DNA of 64,000 bases from an uncultured bacterium (GTDB lineage Bacteria; Babelota; Babeliae; Babelales; Babelaceae), in the NCBI GenBank assembly GCA_963713855.1, contig OY970209.1:1408001-1472000 (forward strand), written 5' to 3'. The notes under the pieces are model-generated. The model saw nothing but the letters and a program-made list of their open reading frames with translations, was not told the origin of the DNA and searched no databases. The translations under genes and the position numbers were made by a program. Positions 20,239 through 30,575 of this stretch are shown in pieces; position 1 is the stretch's first letter; every line of letters starts with the position of its first letter.

Positions 20239-21480
20239 TCAAGGATTTGATTGCGTATACGCTCTAACTAAAGGATCATTATACCTTCTATAAAGGGCGC
20301 AACAAAAGCCCAGGGCACCAATCAAGGTGACGGAGGCAGTCGCCACACCGATAACTGTTCTGCAAATATCGTCACATTGCTCGTGACTCTCACTTACGTG
20401 ACAACCGAACACCGTTACATCGTTTGAAACTATGTTTGCGGTAGCAAGATATAAGCTATTTGGTGAAAACGTGATTGAGTCTGGACCAACTGAATAAGGT
20501 GGTAAAGAATACTCAGTGAATCTGCTTAGAGTACCTTCAGCATCTACGTTAAATAGTCCTACACCACTTCCATCAAACGCGATAGCAAGATACATACCAT
20601 TTGGTGAAAACGCTGCTGCCTGAGGACGTTCTCCTGAAGGTATTGCGTGTGATAAAGCCTTGTGTAGAGAGCCGTCTAGTCCTACGCTAAATACGGTTAT
20701 ATCTTTTGAAATAGTGTTAGCGGTAGCAAGATACAAACCATCTGGGGAAAATGATGCAGAGCTTGGAGCCTTGGAGTGCGAAGGTAACGCATAAGGCTTA
20801 CCGATGCTCAGTTTACAATCAGCGTCGACGCTAAAAATCGTTACCTCATTTGAATTTTGATTAGCAACAGCCAAAAGCGAACCATTTGGTGAAAATGCTA
20901 TAGACACGGGAGCTCCGGCTCCTGAAGGTAATGCGTATGATGTACCTTCGCTCAGTTGGCCGCCCATTACATGAAATAGGGTCACATTGGTTGATTCACT
21001 ATTAGCGGTAGCAAGACATAATCCATTTGGCGAAAATGCTAAGGCAACAGGTTGTGTGGAACCAGGAGGCAATGGATATGAAGTAGATGTCTTAAAATTG
21101 CTATCCGCTCCTACATCAAATAATGTCACGTCATTCGAACCTTTGTTAGCAGTAGCCAAATACCAGCTATCTGGCGAAAATGCTAATGCGTTAGGAGTTT
21201 TAGAGCCTAAAGGCAAAAGGAGAGAAATAGCATCACTCAACACTCCCCCCTCTTTTACACTAAACATTGTTACATCATTCGAACCAGGAGGAAAATCACT
21301 ATTATTGCCGTTAGCGGTAGCAAGATACGCTCCGTTTGGTGAAAACACTACTGATCGTGGACTTTTAGAGCCGACAGGCAAAGAATAGGACATACCACCA
21401 TTATCGAATGAACAATTAGCAGTGATTTGTGTACAGCTTACGACGGCTAGAATCGTGATAAGTAAAATAGTAACATTCAT
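20239..21480 (-). CDS. Exported 7-blade beta-propeller with C-terminal TM anchor
   Basis: Seven FSP[ND] blades; ATG at 21480 behind GGGGAG; TM followed by RRY. Confidence 0.88.
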   Translation of the reverse strand: MNVTILLITILAVVSCTQITANCSFDNGGMSYSLPVGSKSPRSVVFSPNGAYLATANGNNSDFPPGSNDVTMFSVKEGGVLSDAISLLLPLGSKTPNALAFSPDSWYLATANKGSNDVTLFDVGADSNFKTSTSYPLPPGSTQPVALAFSPNGLCLATANSESTNVTLFHVMGGQLSEGTSYALPSGAGAPVSIAFSPNGSLLAVANQNSNEVTIFSVDADCKLSIGKPYALPSHSKAPSSASFSPDGLYLATANTISKDITVFSVGLDGSLHKALSHAIPSGERPQAAAFSPNGMYLAIAFDGSGVGLFNVDAEGTLSRFTEYSLPPYSVGPDSITFSPNSLYLATANIVSNDVTVFGCHVSESHEQCDDICRTVIGVATASVTLIGALGFCCALYRRYNDPLVRAYTQSNP

Positions 21481-21801
21481 TTGCTTCTCCCCATGACGGT
21501 TTTCTAAAGACCTACATGCATCAACATCCCTGACTCTAGTGAAGCATAATATAATTGTCAACGATAGTACCTTGCCCAATAGCTTCAAGATAACAGCGTT
21601 TGAACAATCTGAGAAAATGATGAAAAGAGTTTTGGGCACAACTTTGTAGGACGTCTTGTCAATGCGTCTCTAGGACCAAGCTGCTTGGCATGCGATTCGT
21701 TTTACAATCTTCTAATGACTGAGAAGCTTTGAAAAGACTAGCGGCAGGATTCAATATTCAAAAAAAACTAAATGATTAGAAATTCAAAAACTGCATAAAA
21801 T

Positions 21802-21841
21802 AGGAGCTCTTGGAAAATTAAGCAGTGTTCCCAGAGCTCCT
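21802..21841. terminator. Imperfect hairpin, possible terminator
   Basis: AGGAGCTCT...AGAGCTCCT downstream of the minus-strand gene ending at 21869. Confidence 0.5.
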
Positions 21842-21868
21842 GTAACAAAAATCTTAGCTCTCTTTGAC

Positions 21869-22495
21869 TCAGAACTTTTCAGGAAACTGTTTTACTATGC
21901 CATCCGAAAGCCCATTTGCCATCGCTTGAATTTGCTGACGGATTTGATCATAAAGATTTATAGCTTTGTCCCATTCTTGCTTAAGGGTTGCAGTAGCTTG
22001 ATCTGCGGTAAGCTTAAGGTGTTGGTTAAGCATTGCCATCATTTCTTCTCGAGGCCAATTAGGGTTAGCTTTTGAAAGAAACGACGCAATGTCTTGGGCA
22101 TTCTCATGCCAGCGTTTATCCGCGTCCTCAAGTTTTTGTTTGTTTCCCGATTTTGCAGCCGATACAAGATCAACTGCTATGAGGATATGTTCTTTTAAAA
22201 GCTTAGTAAGCGCAGCCCCTGCAGAGGTACTATAGTAGGGAACAATAGCCTTACCAATATCTTCTTGGTTTTTTAATAATCGTTCGGCAACTTCTTTAGT
22301 ATTAGGAATATCGGAAAGTGCTGACACAATATACTCATGCGTCCAGATAACATGGTCCGCCCATAAGCCTTGCATAGCTTCACGCAACTTTTGAACACTT
22401 GACAACTGCATAGGATCATGATTCTGAGTAAGCCCATAACTTGAACACATAACCAGTGCCAAAGAAAAAGCCAGAATTAAAGGCGTCTTCTTCAT
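21869..22495 (-). CDS. Exported helical conserved protein (LWxDHVxWT family, function unknown)
   Basis: LWADHVIWT, RLLKNQEDIG, LLKEHILIA, NPNW, HLKLT; signal peptide; AAGGAG RBS. Confidence 0.7.
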   Translation of the reverse strand: MKKTPLILAFSLALVMCSSYGLTQNHDPMQLSSVQKLREAMQGLWADHVIWTHEYIVSALSDIPNTKEVAERLLKNQEDIGKAIVPYYSTSAGAALTKLLKEHILIAVDLVSAAKSGNKQKLEDADKRWHENAQDIASFLSKANPNWPREEMMAMLNQHLKLTADQATATLKQEWDKAINLYDQIRQQIQAMANGLSDGIVKQFPEKF

Positions 22496-22831
22496 TTTTC
22501 TCCTTAATCGATTTCATTAAGACAATAACCATAATCCACTTTATTCTTGTTTTGACATATAATGGGTATTAATTTCAAGATATTATTTAGATTGAAATCT
22601 TATTATGGTTGAGACCTTCATAAGAACTATATTTTTCTCAAAGCAAAAGCGAAAGAAGATAGCAACAAGAGTATAAATGCTCGTGACAAAAAAGGTCGTG
22701 CTTACTTTTTAAGCAGCCCAGTAAAATAAGGAGTTAAGTTTTACTAATAAAGACTGTGATACTCAAATAAACTTCGGTAGAGCAAATGCCAAAGCAGCTT
22801 CTTACTCTTAAAAACAATAGACAAAGACACG

Positions 22832-24067
22832 TTATTCAACGTCGTTATTATGATGTAAATACGAAAGTGTTTCCGTAAGAAAGCTCTGTTTGAAAGAGCT
22901 CGCAGCACCTGTGCTCGTTCCTGCACCCGTGCTTGCAGTAGTGCCTGTGCCCGTCGCTGTAGTAACACCTGTGCTCGTAACTGTGCTTGGACAGCCAGAG
23001 GTGGCAAACAAGGTTACATCATTTGATATTTCGTTAGCGGTAGCTACGTAATTGCCTGAAGGTGAGAACACCACCGACAAAGGATTCTGAGAGCCATTTG
23101 GTAATAGGTAAGATGCGGCTCCACTCAATACTCCGCCCGCTCCGACAGTAAACAGGGTGACATCATTCGAACCATTGTTTGAACTCACTAAATAATTGCC
23201 CGATGGCGAAAATGCTACTGACGAGGGTTGTAGAGAAACAGATGGTACCGTATAAGACATGGCACTATTTATGGCTCCTCCAGTTCCCACCTGAAATATG
23301 GTAACATCACCCACGTTACCATTTGAACTACCGTTAGCAGTAGCAATATAAGAACCATTTGGCGAAAAAGTTACTGACTGAGGTCCGCTAGAAGGATAAG
23401 GCAACGCAGAGGATTTTCCTCCGCTTAACGCTCCTCCTGCTCCCACCGTAAATACCGTTACGTCATTTGAAGTACTGTTAGCAGTGGCCACATAATTACC
23501 CGACGGCGCGAATGCTATTGAGACGGGATTGGTAGAACCGGCAGGTAAATCGTAAGATGCTCCTACACTCAATACCCCTCCTGCTCCAACCTGAAACACT
23601 GTTACATTATTCGAGAACGTATTAGCAGTAGCCACGTAATTACCAGATGGTGAAAACGCTATTGAAAGAGGATTGCCAGAACCATTCGGTAAAGCATACG
23701 AAGAAGCTCCGCTTAATGCTCCTCCTGCCCCTACCTGAAACATGGTGACATTGATCTGGTAATAATTGGCGATAGCGAGGTACGCACCCGACGGGGAAAA
23801 CGCTATTGATCTAGCTTCGGAAGGAAAATTAGGCAATGTATAGGACATGCTTCCACTTAATACTCCGCCGGCTTCAACCGTAAATACTGTTACGTTATTT
23901 GAAGCATCATTAGCAGTAACCACATAATTTCCTGATGGTGAAAACGCAACTGAAAAAGGAGCTTTAGAACCAGTAGGCAACGGATATGATGTTCCGCACA
24001 TTGCGCACAAACGCACATGCGCCATTAAAAACAATGCCGCCGTTATGATTGTTTTCATCATCTTCAT
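22832..24067 (-). CDS. Exported 7-blade beta-propeller with Thr/Gly-rich tail
   Basis: Seven regular blades of type SYxLPxGS..P.S[IV]AFSPSG.Y.ATAN..SN[DN]VT.F.VG.GG.LS. Confidence 0.9.
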   Translation of the reverse strand: MKMMKTIITAALFLMAHVRLCAMCGTSYPLPTGSKAPFSVAFSPSGNYVVTANDASNNVTVFTVEAGGVLSGSMSYTLPNFPSEARSIAFSPSGAYLAIANYYQINVTMFQVGAGGALSGASSYALPNGSGNPLSIAFSPSGNYVATANTFSNNVTVFQVGAGGVLSVGASYDLPAGSTNPVSIAFAPSGNYVATANSTSNDVTVFTVGAGGALSGGKSSALPYPSSGPQSVTFSPNGSYIATANGSSNGNVGDVTIFQVGTGGAINSAMSYTVPSVSLQPSSVAFSPSGNYLVSSNNGSNDVTLFTVGAGGVLSGAASYLLPNGSQNPLSVVFSPSGNYVATANEISNDVTLFATSGCPSTVTSTGVTTATGTGTTASTGAGTSTGAASSFKQSFLTETLSYLHHNNDVE

Positions 24068-24257
24068 TAAAACTTACTCCCTCATTACTACAGCCTTTTT
24101 TGTTGATGGTCATCCTTTTTTTATTTCTTCCCCATCAACTTTTAGCTCATTTAGAATTGAGTTGAGCATATGCGATCTTAAGGAAAAAACAAGGAAATCT
24201 CTAGAGCGTAGTAACTTAAAATAGTATTAAAGACTTCAAAAGTGCGAGCCTCAATTT

Positions 24258-25064
24258 TTAGCGATTCAATTTATGAAAAGCATACATTGAAAGACTTGCT
24301 GAGAGTATAGTAATCAGCGTAAGCCAAAACGCTGCTATCCATATATGACTACCAACCATCTTGCCAAGTAAAAGAGCACGAATCGCCTCAATAGCATGGG
24401 TATATGGCTGATTTTCAGCGATCACACGTAAAAAAGAAGGCATAGTTGATGTTGGTATGATTGCCGAACTTACCATTGTCAGAGGAAAAATAAAGATAAA
24501 AGCAAACTGTTGTGCAGCTTCAACACTTTTACTCCACAAAGCAAGCATTACCATAAACCACGAAGTAGCAAAACTTGTTAGAAATACTATGCCGCAAACG
24601 CAAAGCCATGCAATAGGCGATGCTTGTGAGTGAAATCCTACAGCCAGACTGACGACTATAACAACAAGCATGACAAATGCCGATCTTATCACGCTAGCAA
24701 CAACGTGACTGCCAAGAATTGCCGATTTAGCCACGGGCAATGAACGAAATCGGTCAAATATACCCTCATTAAGCTCTTGAGCAACACCAAGGCAGACAAC
24801 AGTCGTACCAAAAATGGTATTCATAATGAGCGAACCCGCCATAAAAAAGTTTATATAGCTAATGCCGTCATCAACAGCAATCGCCCCTCCAAATAGATAA
24901 CGAAACATTACCGTATACATAATAGGTTGAATAATTATGGCTGAAACCTGATCAGGATCGCGAAAAGTATGCAGCAAGTGCCGTTTTACAAATTGTCCTA
25001 AATCTTTTAAATACCAAAGAAAAGTAAATTTTTTTGGGCAACAAACGCCCGTTAACGTACTCAT
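24258..25064 (-). CDS. ABC-2 type exporter permease (DrrB-like)
   Basis: RDPD..., GIFDRFRSLP, AENQP; about six TM helices; overlaps the ATPase stop. Confidence 0.9.
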   Translation of the reverse strand: MSTLTGVCCPKKFTFLWYLKDLGQFVKRHLLHTFRDPDQVSAIIIQPIMYTVMFRYLFGGAIAVDDGISYINFFMAGSLIMNTIFGTTVVCLGVAQELNEGIFDRFRSLPVAKSAILGSHVVASVIRSAFVMLVVIVVSLAVGFHSQASPIAWLCVCGIVFLTSFATSWFMVMLALWSKSVEAAQQFAFIFIFPLTMVSSAIIPTSTMPSFLRVIAENQPYTHAIEAIRALLLGKMVGSHIWIAAFWLTLITILSASLSMYAFHKLNR

Positions 25065-26023
25065 TGGAGTTTCCTCAAAGGTTTTTGCAAAGAGTTTAGA
25101 TTTATAAATACATCATCAAGCGTTGGTTTATGAAGGTACTGGCTTTGAATGTGGACTTTTTTTTCTATAAGGATGCCAAGTACTTCATGCAAGCACTTGG
25201 TTCCGTCTATACCACTGGGCAAAGGAACGATAATGGCTTGCGATTGAATTTTGATTAATGGGGATGTGTTTTTTAAATAACTTGAAGCTAAGAGGACATC
25301 TTCCTGTGGATGTAAAACAATTTTTAGGTAGTTATTACTTAATTGTGATTTAAGTTGCTCGGCGTTACCAGAAGCTATAATGGTACCTTGCTTTATAATA
25401 GAAATTGTATCCGCTAATCTATCTGCTTCTTCAAGATACTGTGTCGTCAATACAATAGTGGTCCCCCTTTTAGCAAGGTCGCTTAAAGCTACCCAGAGAG
25501 TTTCACGACTCATAGGATCAAGGCCCGTTGTCGGTTCATCAAGAAAGAGAACAGAAGGATTACCAATTAGGCTCATTGCTAAATCAAGCTTACGTCTCAT
25601 CCCACCAGAGTAAGTGCCAACAAGCATATCTGTTGCCGGGGCCAAATCGAACTGATCAATAAGTTCTTTTGCACGTGTAAAAGTATCGCGAACCGTGCCG
25701 CCGTATAACCTTCCCATTATGCAGAGATTTTCCATTCCGGTAAGCCGATTATCAAGAGAAAGTCCTTGACCGGTAAGTCCGATTACCTGCTGAACTGCTT
25801 TAGGATTTTCTACAACATCTATGCCTTCCACATAAGCTTTACCTGCGTCAGGCTTTAAGAGTGTTGTAAGAATTCGTATCAGTGTGGTTTTGCCGGCACC
25901 GTTAGGCCCTAATAATGCAAAAATGGTGCCCGGTTCCACCGTCAAGTTGATGTCCTTTAGGACAGGGATCTTACCGTACGATTTTTTAAGATTTTTAACT
26001 TCTATGGCTAACTTTTTTTGCAT
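25061..26023 (-). CDS. ABC exporter ATP-binding subunit (DrrA-like)
   Basis: Walker A GPNGAGKT, signature YSGGMRRK, Walker B LFLDEPTTGLDP, TTQYLEEA. Confidence 0.95.
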   Translation of the reverse strand: MQKKLAIEVKNLKKSYGKIPVLKDINLTVEPGTIFALLGPNGAGKTTLIRILTTLLKPDAGKAYVEGIDVVENPKAVQQVIGLTGQGLSLDNRLTGMENLCIMGRLYGGTVRDTFTRAKELIDQFDLAPATDMLVGTYSGGMRRKLDLAMSLIGNPSVLFLDEPTTGLDPMSRETLWVALSDLAKRGTTIVLTTQYLEEADRLADTISIIKQGTIIASGNAEQLKSQLSNNYLKIVLHPQEDVLLASSYLKNTSPLIKIQSQAIIVPLPSGIDGTKCLHEVLGILIEKKVHIQSQYLHKPTLDDVFINLNSLQKPLRKLQ

Positions 26024-26024
26024 A

Positions 26025-26594
26025 TTAGTCTGCTCTCTTTTTACAAGTTAGATGTTGTTCAATGCCGCGTATTAGTGCATCCTTGCCAAATTCAAACCAT
26101 GCATCATAGTAACTTTGTGGAGCAGGAGGGGGCTTTGGAAGATCACCAAATTCAGCAAGAGCGTGACCTGTTACAAATACGGCTACCGATTGCAAAGAGT
26201 ACAGGGCTTGTTGAGTAGTGATGCCCGATTTTTCCATAATCGCTATGAGGGGAGCTACCAACTCTAAACTATTAGTTGGTGAATGAATGGCTACAAGGCT
26301 GACAGCCCCTGGATCATCCTTTAAACCCTTTCTTAGCATTTTGGCAAAATCGCCAAGAGCCTCCTGCCACGATGTGTAATCGACTGAAGACGTAAGAATC
26401 AGCTTATTAATGATATGATCCACAATAAGCTGCTCAAGATCAAGCCTACTTGGTACATGATAATAAAGTGAAGCAGCCTCAATATGCAATTCACTTGCCA
26501 GCCGGCGCATACTTAATTGAGTTATCCCGTCAGCGTTAATAATTTTTAGTGACGCCATCACTAAATCTGTTTTAGTAAGCGGTTTGTTTTTCAT
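26025..26594 (-). CDS. TetR family transcriptional regulator
   Basis: LSMRRLASELHIEAASLYYHV helix-turn-helix; TetR C-terminal-like region; first gene of the operon. Confidence 0.92.
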   Translation of the reverse strand: MKNKPLTKTDLVMASLKIINADGITQLSMRRLASELHIEAASLYYHVPSRLDLEQLIVDHIINKLILTSSVDYTSWQEALGDFAKMLRKGLKDDPGAVSLVAIHSPTNSLELVAPLIAIMEKSGITTQQALYSLQSVAVFVTGHALAEFGDLPKPPPAPQSYYDAWFEFGKDALIRGIEQHLTCKKRAD

Positions 26595-26633
26595 CTTTGA
26601 ACCATGCTAATTACCCAACCATTTATAACCTAT

Positions 26634-26662
26634 AGACTAACCTAACTACGTTAGTTAGTCAA
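26634..26662 (-). promoter_or_regulatory. Promoter with overlapping palindromic operator candidate
   Basis: Minus strand TTGACT-17 bp-TAGTCT enclosing CTAAC-N3-GTTAG, with outer GACTAA/TTAGTC arms. Confidence 0.6.
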
Positions 26663-26809
26663 CAATCAGCATACTCGTGATATCTTGAAATAAAAGCTTC
26701 AAAGTCTTTATTTAAGCTGTAAATGATCTGATACAATTTGAATTTTTCATTGACTTTTAGTAATTAATTAATTTAAATTGATTATTGTTAGATCATTAAG
26801 GAATGGGAC

Positions 26810-27859
26810 ATGTTTAAATCGAGATTAAAAATCTACCTTATAACAATAGTATTTCTTATAACCAATTTCGTTGTGTTTCCCGCTACTAAAATTGGCTGCG
26901 AAAACGAAGGCTATGAGTGGAATCCAGATTCTTCTATCTGCTGTCCCGTTGGGCAGGTTTATAGCAATCCGAGCTATCCAAATTATCCCGGTTCGGGAAA
27001 GCCTGGCTATGGAGGGTGTTGCCCCAAAGGCCAGTTATACGACCAATCTACTGGCATGTGCTGCACAAAAGATAAATTCAACCTAAATACCAATACATGT
27101 TGTCCATTAAACAACCCCTTCTTCAGTAATCCAACTAATCGCCGTAATCAGGGTGGTTGTTGTCCCCAAGCAAATAACGTCTACTATGCGTCTGGCACAT
27201 GCTGCCCACAACAACAATATAACGTAAATACGAACCAATGCTGTCCTCAGGGACAAGTTTTTAGTAATCCAACAAAAACTCCTGGACAAGGAAACTGTTG
27301 TCCCACAGGACAAGTGTTTGATGCAACAGGCAGCTGCTGCTTAGCAGCGCAGTATAATCCAAACACAAACCAGTGCTGCCCTCAAGGACAAACTTTTAGC
27401 AATGCTTCTGGTAAGGGAGCTTGTTGCCCCAATGGTCAAATATATGGGGGGGATGGAAATTGTTGTCCATCGACGCAGTATAATCCAAATACAAAACAAT
27501 GCTGCCCTCAAGGACAAACTTTTAGTAAACCTGGTTACTCAATGTATGCCTCGCTTCAGTCCCCTGGAGGATGTTGCCCACCGGGCCAGATTGCTGCAAC
27601 GGCCAACAGTTGCTGTCCTCAAAAACAGTACAACACCGTGACAGGAAAGTGTTGCCCCACAGGTAATCACTCTACCAACGACGATACCCCGGGAGTACCA
27701 CCTTGCTGTCCTAATTCGTCAAAATATTTTCATGACGTAGGAAACTGCTGTCCCTTAGGCTCAGTTCCAAGCAATTACGTCGCGAACTTATGCGTGCCGC
27801 CTTCCCAAAAAAACGTACCCCCCGCGTCACCAGCCCCTTATGTAGCCTTCAGCAATTGA
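26810..27859 (+). CDS. Exported cysteine-rich CC-repeat protein (galaxin-like repeats)
   Basis: Signal peptide; 18 CC pairs in CCPxGQ and YNPNTxQCC units. Confidence 0.85.
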   Translation: MFKSRLKIYLITIVFLITNFVVFPATKIGCENEGYEWNPDSSICCPVGQVYSNPSYPNYPGSGKPGYGGCCPKGQLYDQSTGMCCTKDKFNLNTNTCCPLNNPFFSNPTNRRNQGGCCPQANNVYYASGTCCPQQQYNVNTNQCCPQGQVFSNPTKTPGQGNCCPTGQVFDATGSCCLAAQYNPNTNQCCPQGQTFSNASGKGACCPNGQIYGGDGNCCPSTQYNPNTKQCCPQGQTFSKPGYSMYASLQSPGGCCPPGQIAATANSCCPQKQYNTVTGKCCPTGNHSTNDDTPGVPPCCPNSSKYFHDVGNCCPLGSVPSNYVANLCVPPSQKNVPPASPAPYVAFSN

Positions 27860-28114
27860 TCTGCTTTTATAGAAAGCAAACTTTAGTATGACGATAAAAG
27901 CGATTACTTTCGCACTAATGCAAACACAATAGCTAAATCTTTCGACAGTAATTATATTCTGAGAGGCTCGTATAGCAAGCACTGCGTTTAAAGGATTAAA
28001 TGCTTCAAGATAGCCAGTCTTGCATTTTCACATCGTTTCTATAGGCTTACAATCTGAATTGAAAATGTCTTTTTTTGTACATGAGTAAAACCCTAAACAC
28101 GGGGGAAAGTTCTA

Positions 28115-30400
28115 ATGAAACTTGTCCTTTTATTGTGTGCATTGCTATTCACGGTGCATTTAGAATGTATAGCTATTTGCTCTTTGCAACCGGGCGTATC
28201 ATATCCGGCACCTATTGGATCCATACAACCAGGGTCAGCAAAATTCTCACCCTCTGGCACATATTTAGCTATTGGGAATAGAGTCTCAAACAATGTGGCG
28301 ATGTTTACCCTTACTGAAGGCGTTTTAACGGGAGGCAAACTGTATGCTCTTCCTGTAGGCTCTACAGCTATAGGTGACATAGGTTTTTCCCCGGATGGTG
28401 CTTATCTTGCAACACCAAATGTCAGTTCAAATAATGTCACGATATTTTCTGTCGGAGTAGAAGGACAACTCACGGGAGCAACTTCATACCCACTCCCCGT
28501 CGGCTCAACGAGTCCCCAGGCACTCACATTTTCACCGTCAGGTTTATATTTAGCCACTGCTAATCCGGGTTCCAATGACGTAACAATATTTACCGTAGGA
28601 GTTGGTGGAGTTTTAAACGCGGGTACATCGTATACCGTACCTGCAGGCTCACCTTATCTCGTAGCATTTTCACCCGACGGAGCATATTTAGCAGTCACTA
28701 ATGCAAGCGCAAATAGCGTGACAATGTTTACGGTCGGAATAGGCGGAACCTTAAGTAATCCCATCGCTTATCCTTTACCCGGAACTTCCGCAGGTCCGCA
28801 GGGAGTAGCATTCTCACCTTCAGGAACGTATTTAGTTACCGCTAACAATACCTCCAATGATGTTAGTTTATTTACTGTAGGATCGGGAGGAATTTTAAGT
28901 CCAGGCACATCATATCCTTTACCTTCCGGTTCCACGGGTCCCCATCTAATAGCTTTTTCTTCTGACAGCAAGTATGTGTCAACAACCGACTTTACCTCAA
29001 ACGCAGTAACTTTGTTTACCATAAGTCTTAACAGCACGCTCACAAATTCTGCCTCGTATCCGTTGCCTTCCGGTTCTACTATACCCTCGGGGTTGGCGTT
29101 TTCACCTTCCGTAAACTATGTAGCTACTGCTAACAATGGGGGCGATATAACACTATTTAGTACTGCAGGCTGCCAAGTAAACCAAACGAGCACAGGAGTT
29201 TCTTATCCATTACCTCTTGGTTCTCAGGAACCGGACGCAATAATCTTTTCGAATGATGCAACACTTCTTGCAACAGCGAATTATAATACGAGCGACGTAA
29301 CCCTCTTTGCCGTAAATCCCCAAAATACATTGAATACCGGTACTTCTTTTTCTTTACCATCAGGTTCATTTTCTCCATCAAGTCTCGCGTTTTCTCAAAA
29401 TACCTCATATCTAGCAACTGCCAATAGCAAATCAAACGACGTTACCGTATTTAAAGTATCTGCTGGAAAACTCATATCGGGTAATTCATTCAAACTTCCA
29501 GCAGGCTCTTCTGAGCCTACATCAATCAATTTCTCGCCAAACGATGCTTATCTTCTTACGGCAAATAGCAATTCAAGCGACATAACAGTGTTTAAGATGA
29601 TCTCCGGAGCTTTAACTGGTGCTCTTTCATACACGTTACCTTCTGGATCCATTTCTCCGGTTTCTTTAGCTTTCGCGCCGGATGGCTCCTATCTTGCAAC
29701 CGCGAATGTTATCTCGAATGACGTAACGCTTTTTAACCTAACCAATGGCGTATTGGATAGTATATCGTCCCAGTCTTTACCAGCTTCTTCTAATAGGCCA
29801 CGCTCGATCGTCTTTTTGGCCACTTTAAATGGTGAACTTTTTATTGCTACAGCTAATAGTGATTCAAATGACGTAACGGTATTTCCCATCAATGGAGGCT
29901 TATTGGGCTTAGGAAAATCCTATCAACTGCCCGTGGGCTCTATTAATCCTTTGTTTGTCGCAGTATCGTCCAATGGTGCGTACTTAGCCACTGCTGATAG
30001 CGCTTCCAATAGCATTACGCTATTTAAAGTTACCAATGACACATTAGAACTAGCTACTTCTTATTCCCTACCTCCTGCATCAAGCAGCGATGTAGCTTTA
30101 ACCTTTTCACCAGTTTTTTCAAATGGGGACATACTTATTGCAACAGCAAATAGCGGTTCAAACGATGTTTCAGTCTTTCCTCTTTTAGGAGCAGGAACAG
30201 GAAGTGAAGGAGGCGATGGTGGAGGTTTTAACAATGCTTATATTGGTATAATCGTTGGAACGACGGTCGGAATTCCTCTCGTTCTTGGCGGACTGACTAT
30301 AGCAGGCCTAGCGGGCTTTGCTTTGTATAAGTACTCACTAAGACACAAAGGCGTTGGAAGCGTTAATTTTAGCGGTGATGAATCATCAGCCACGCTCTAA
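28115..30400 (+). CDS. Exported tandem double beta-propeller with C-terminal TM anchor
   Basis: About 14 blades in two sets joined by GCQVNQTSTG; Gly linker, long TM, short tail. Confidence 0.9.
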   Translation: MKLVLLLCALLFTVHLECIAICSLQPGVSYPAPIGSIQPGSAKFSPSGTYLAIGNRVSNNVAMFTLTEGVLTGGKLYALPVGSTAIGDIGFSPDGAYLATPNVSSNNVTIFSVGVEGQLTGATSYPLPVGSTSPQALTFSPSGLYLATANPGSNDVTIFTVGVGGVLNAGTSYTVPAGSPYLVAFSPDGAYLAVTNASANSVTMFTVGIGGTLSNPIAYPLPGTSAGPQGVAFSPSGTYLVTANNTSNDVSLFTVGSGGILSPGTSYPLPSGSTGPHLIAFSSDSKYVSTTDFTSNAVTLFTISLNSTLTNSASYPLPSGSTIPSGLAFSPSVNYVATANNGGDITLFSTAGCQVNQTSTGVSYPLPLGSQEPDAIIFSNDATLLATANYNTSDVTLFAVNPQNTLNTGTSFSLPSGSFSPSSLAFSQNTSYLATANSKSNDVTVFKVSAGKLISGNSFKLPAGSSEPTSINFSPNDAYLLTANSNSSDITVFKMISGALTGALSYTLPSGSISPVSLAFAPDGSYLATANVISNDVTLFNLTNGVLDSISSQSLPASSNRPRSIVFLATLNGELFIATANSDSNDVTVFPINGGLLGLGKSYQLPVGSINPLFVAVSSNGAYLATADSASNSITLFKVTNDTLELATSYSLPPASSSDVALTFSPVFSNGDILIATANSGSNDVSVFPLLGAGTGSEGGDGGGFNNAYIGIIVGTTVGIPLVLGGLTIAGLAGFALYKYSLRHKGVGSVNFSGDESSATL

Positions 30401-30503
30401 ATCTATAAAAATTTCGGGAACAGCTTAAGAATATTTCAAAAGATGCTTATAGTTTGCTCAGCATAGAATTATTAGGCGAAAGCTCTTAAATCATTGTGCT
30501 CTT

Positions 30504-30531
30504 TTGACAATTAACAAAAGTCTACTAAAAT
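30504..30531 (+). promoter_or_regulatory. Sigma70-like promoter
   Basis: TTGACA-16 bp-TAAAAT, 45 bp upstream of the ATG at 30576. Confidence 0.55.
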
Positions 30532-30575
30532 GATGCTAGTTAATTTGATTATGACTAACTTGAAAGAATGTTTAT

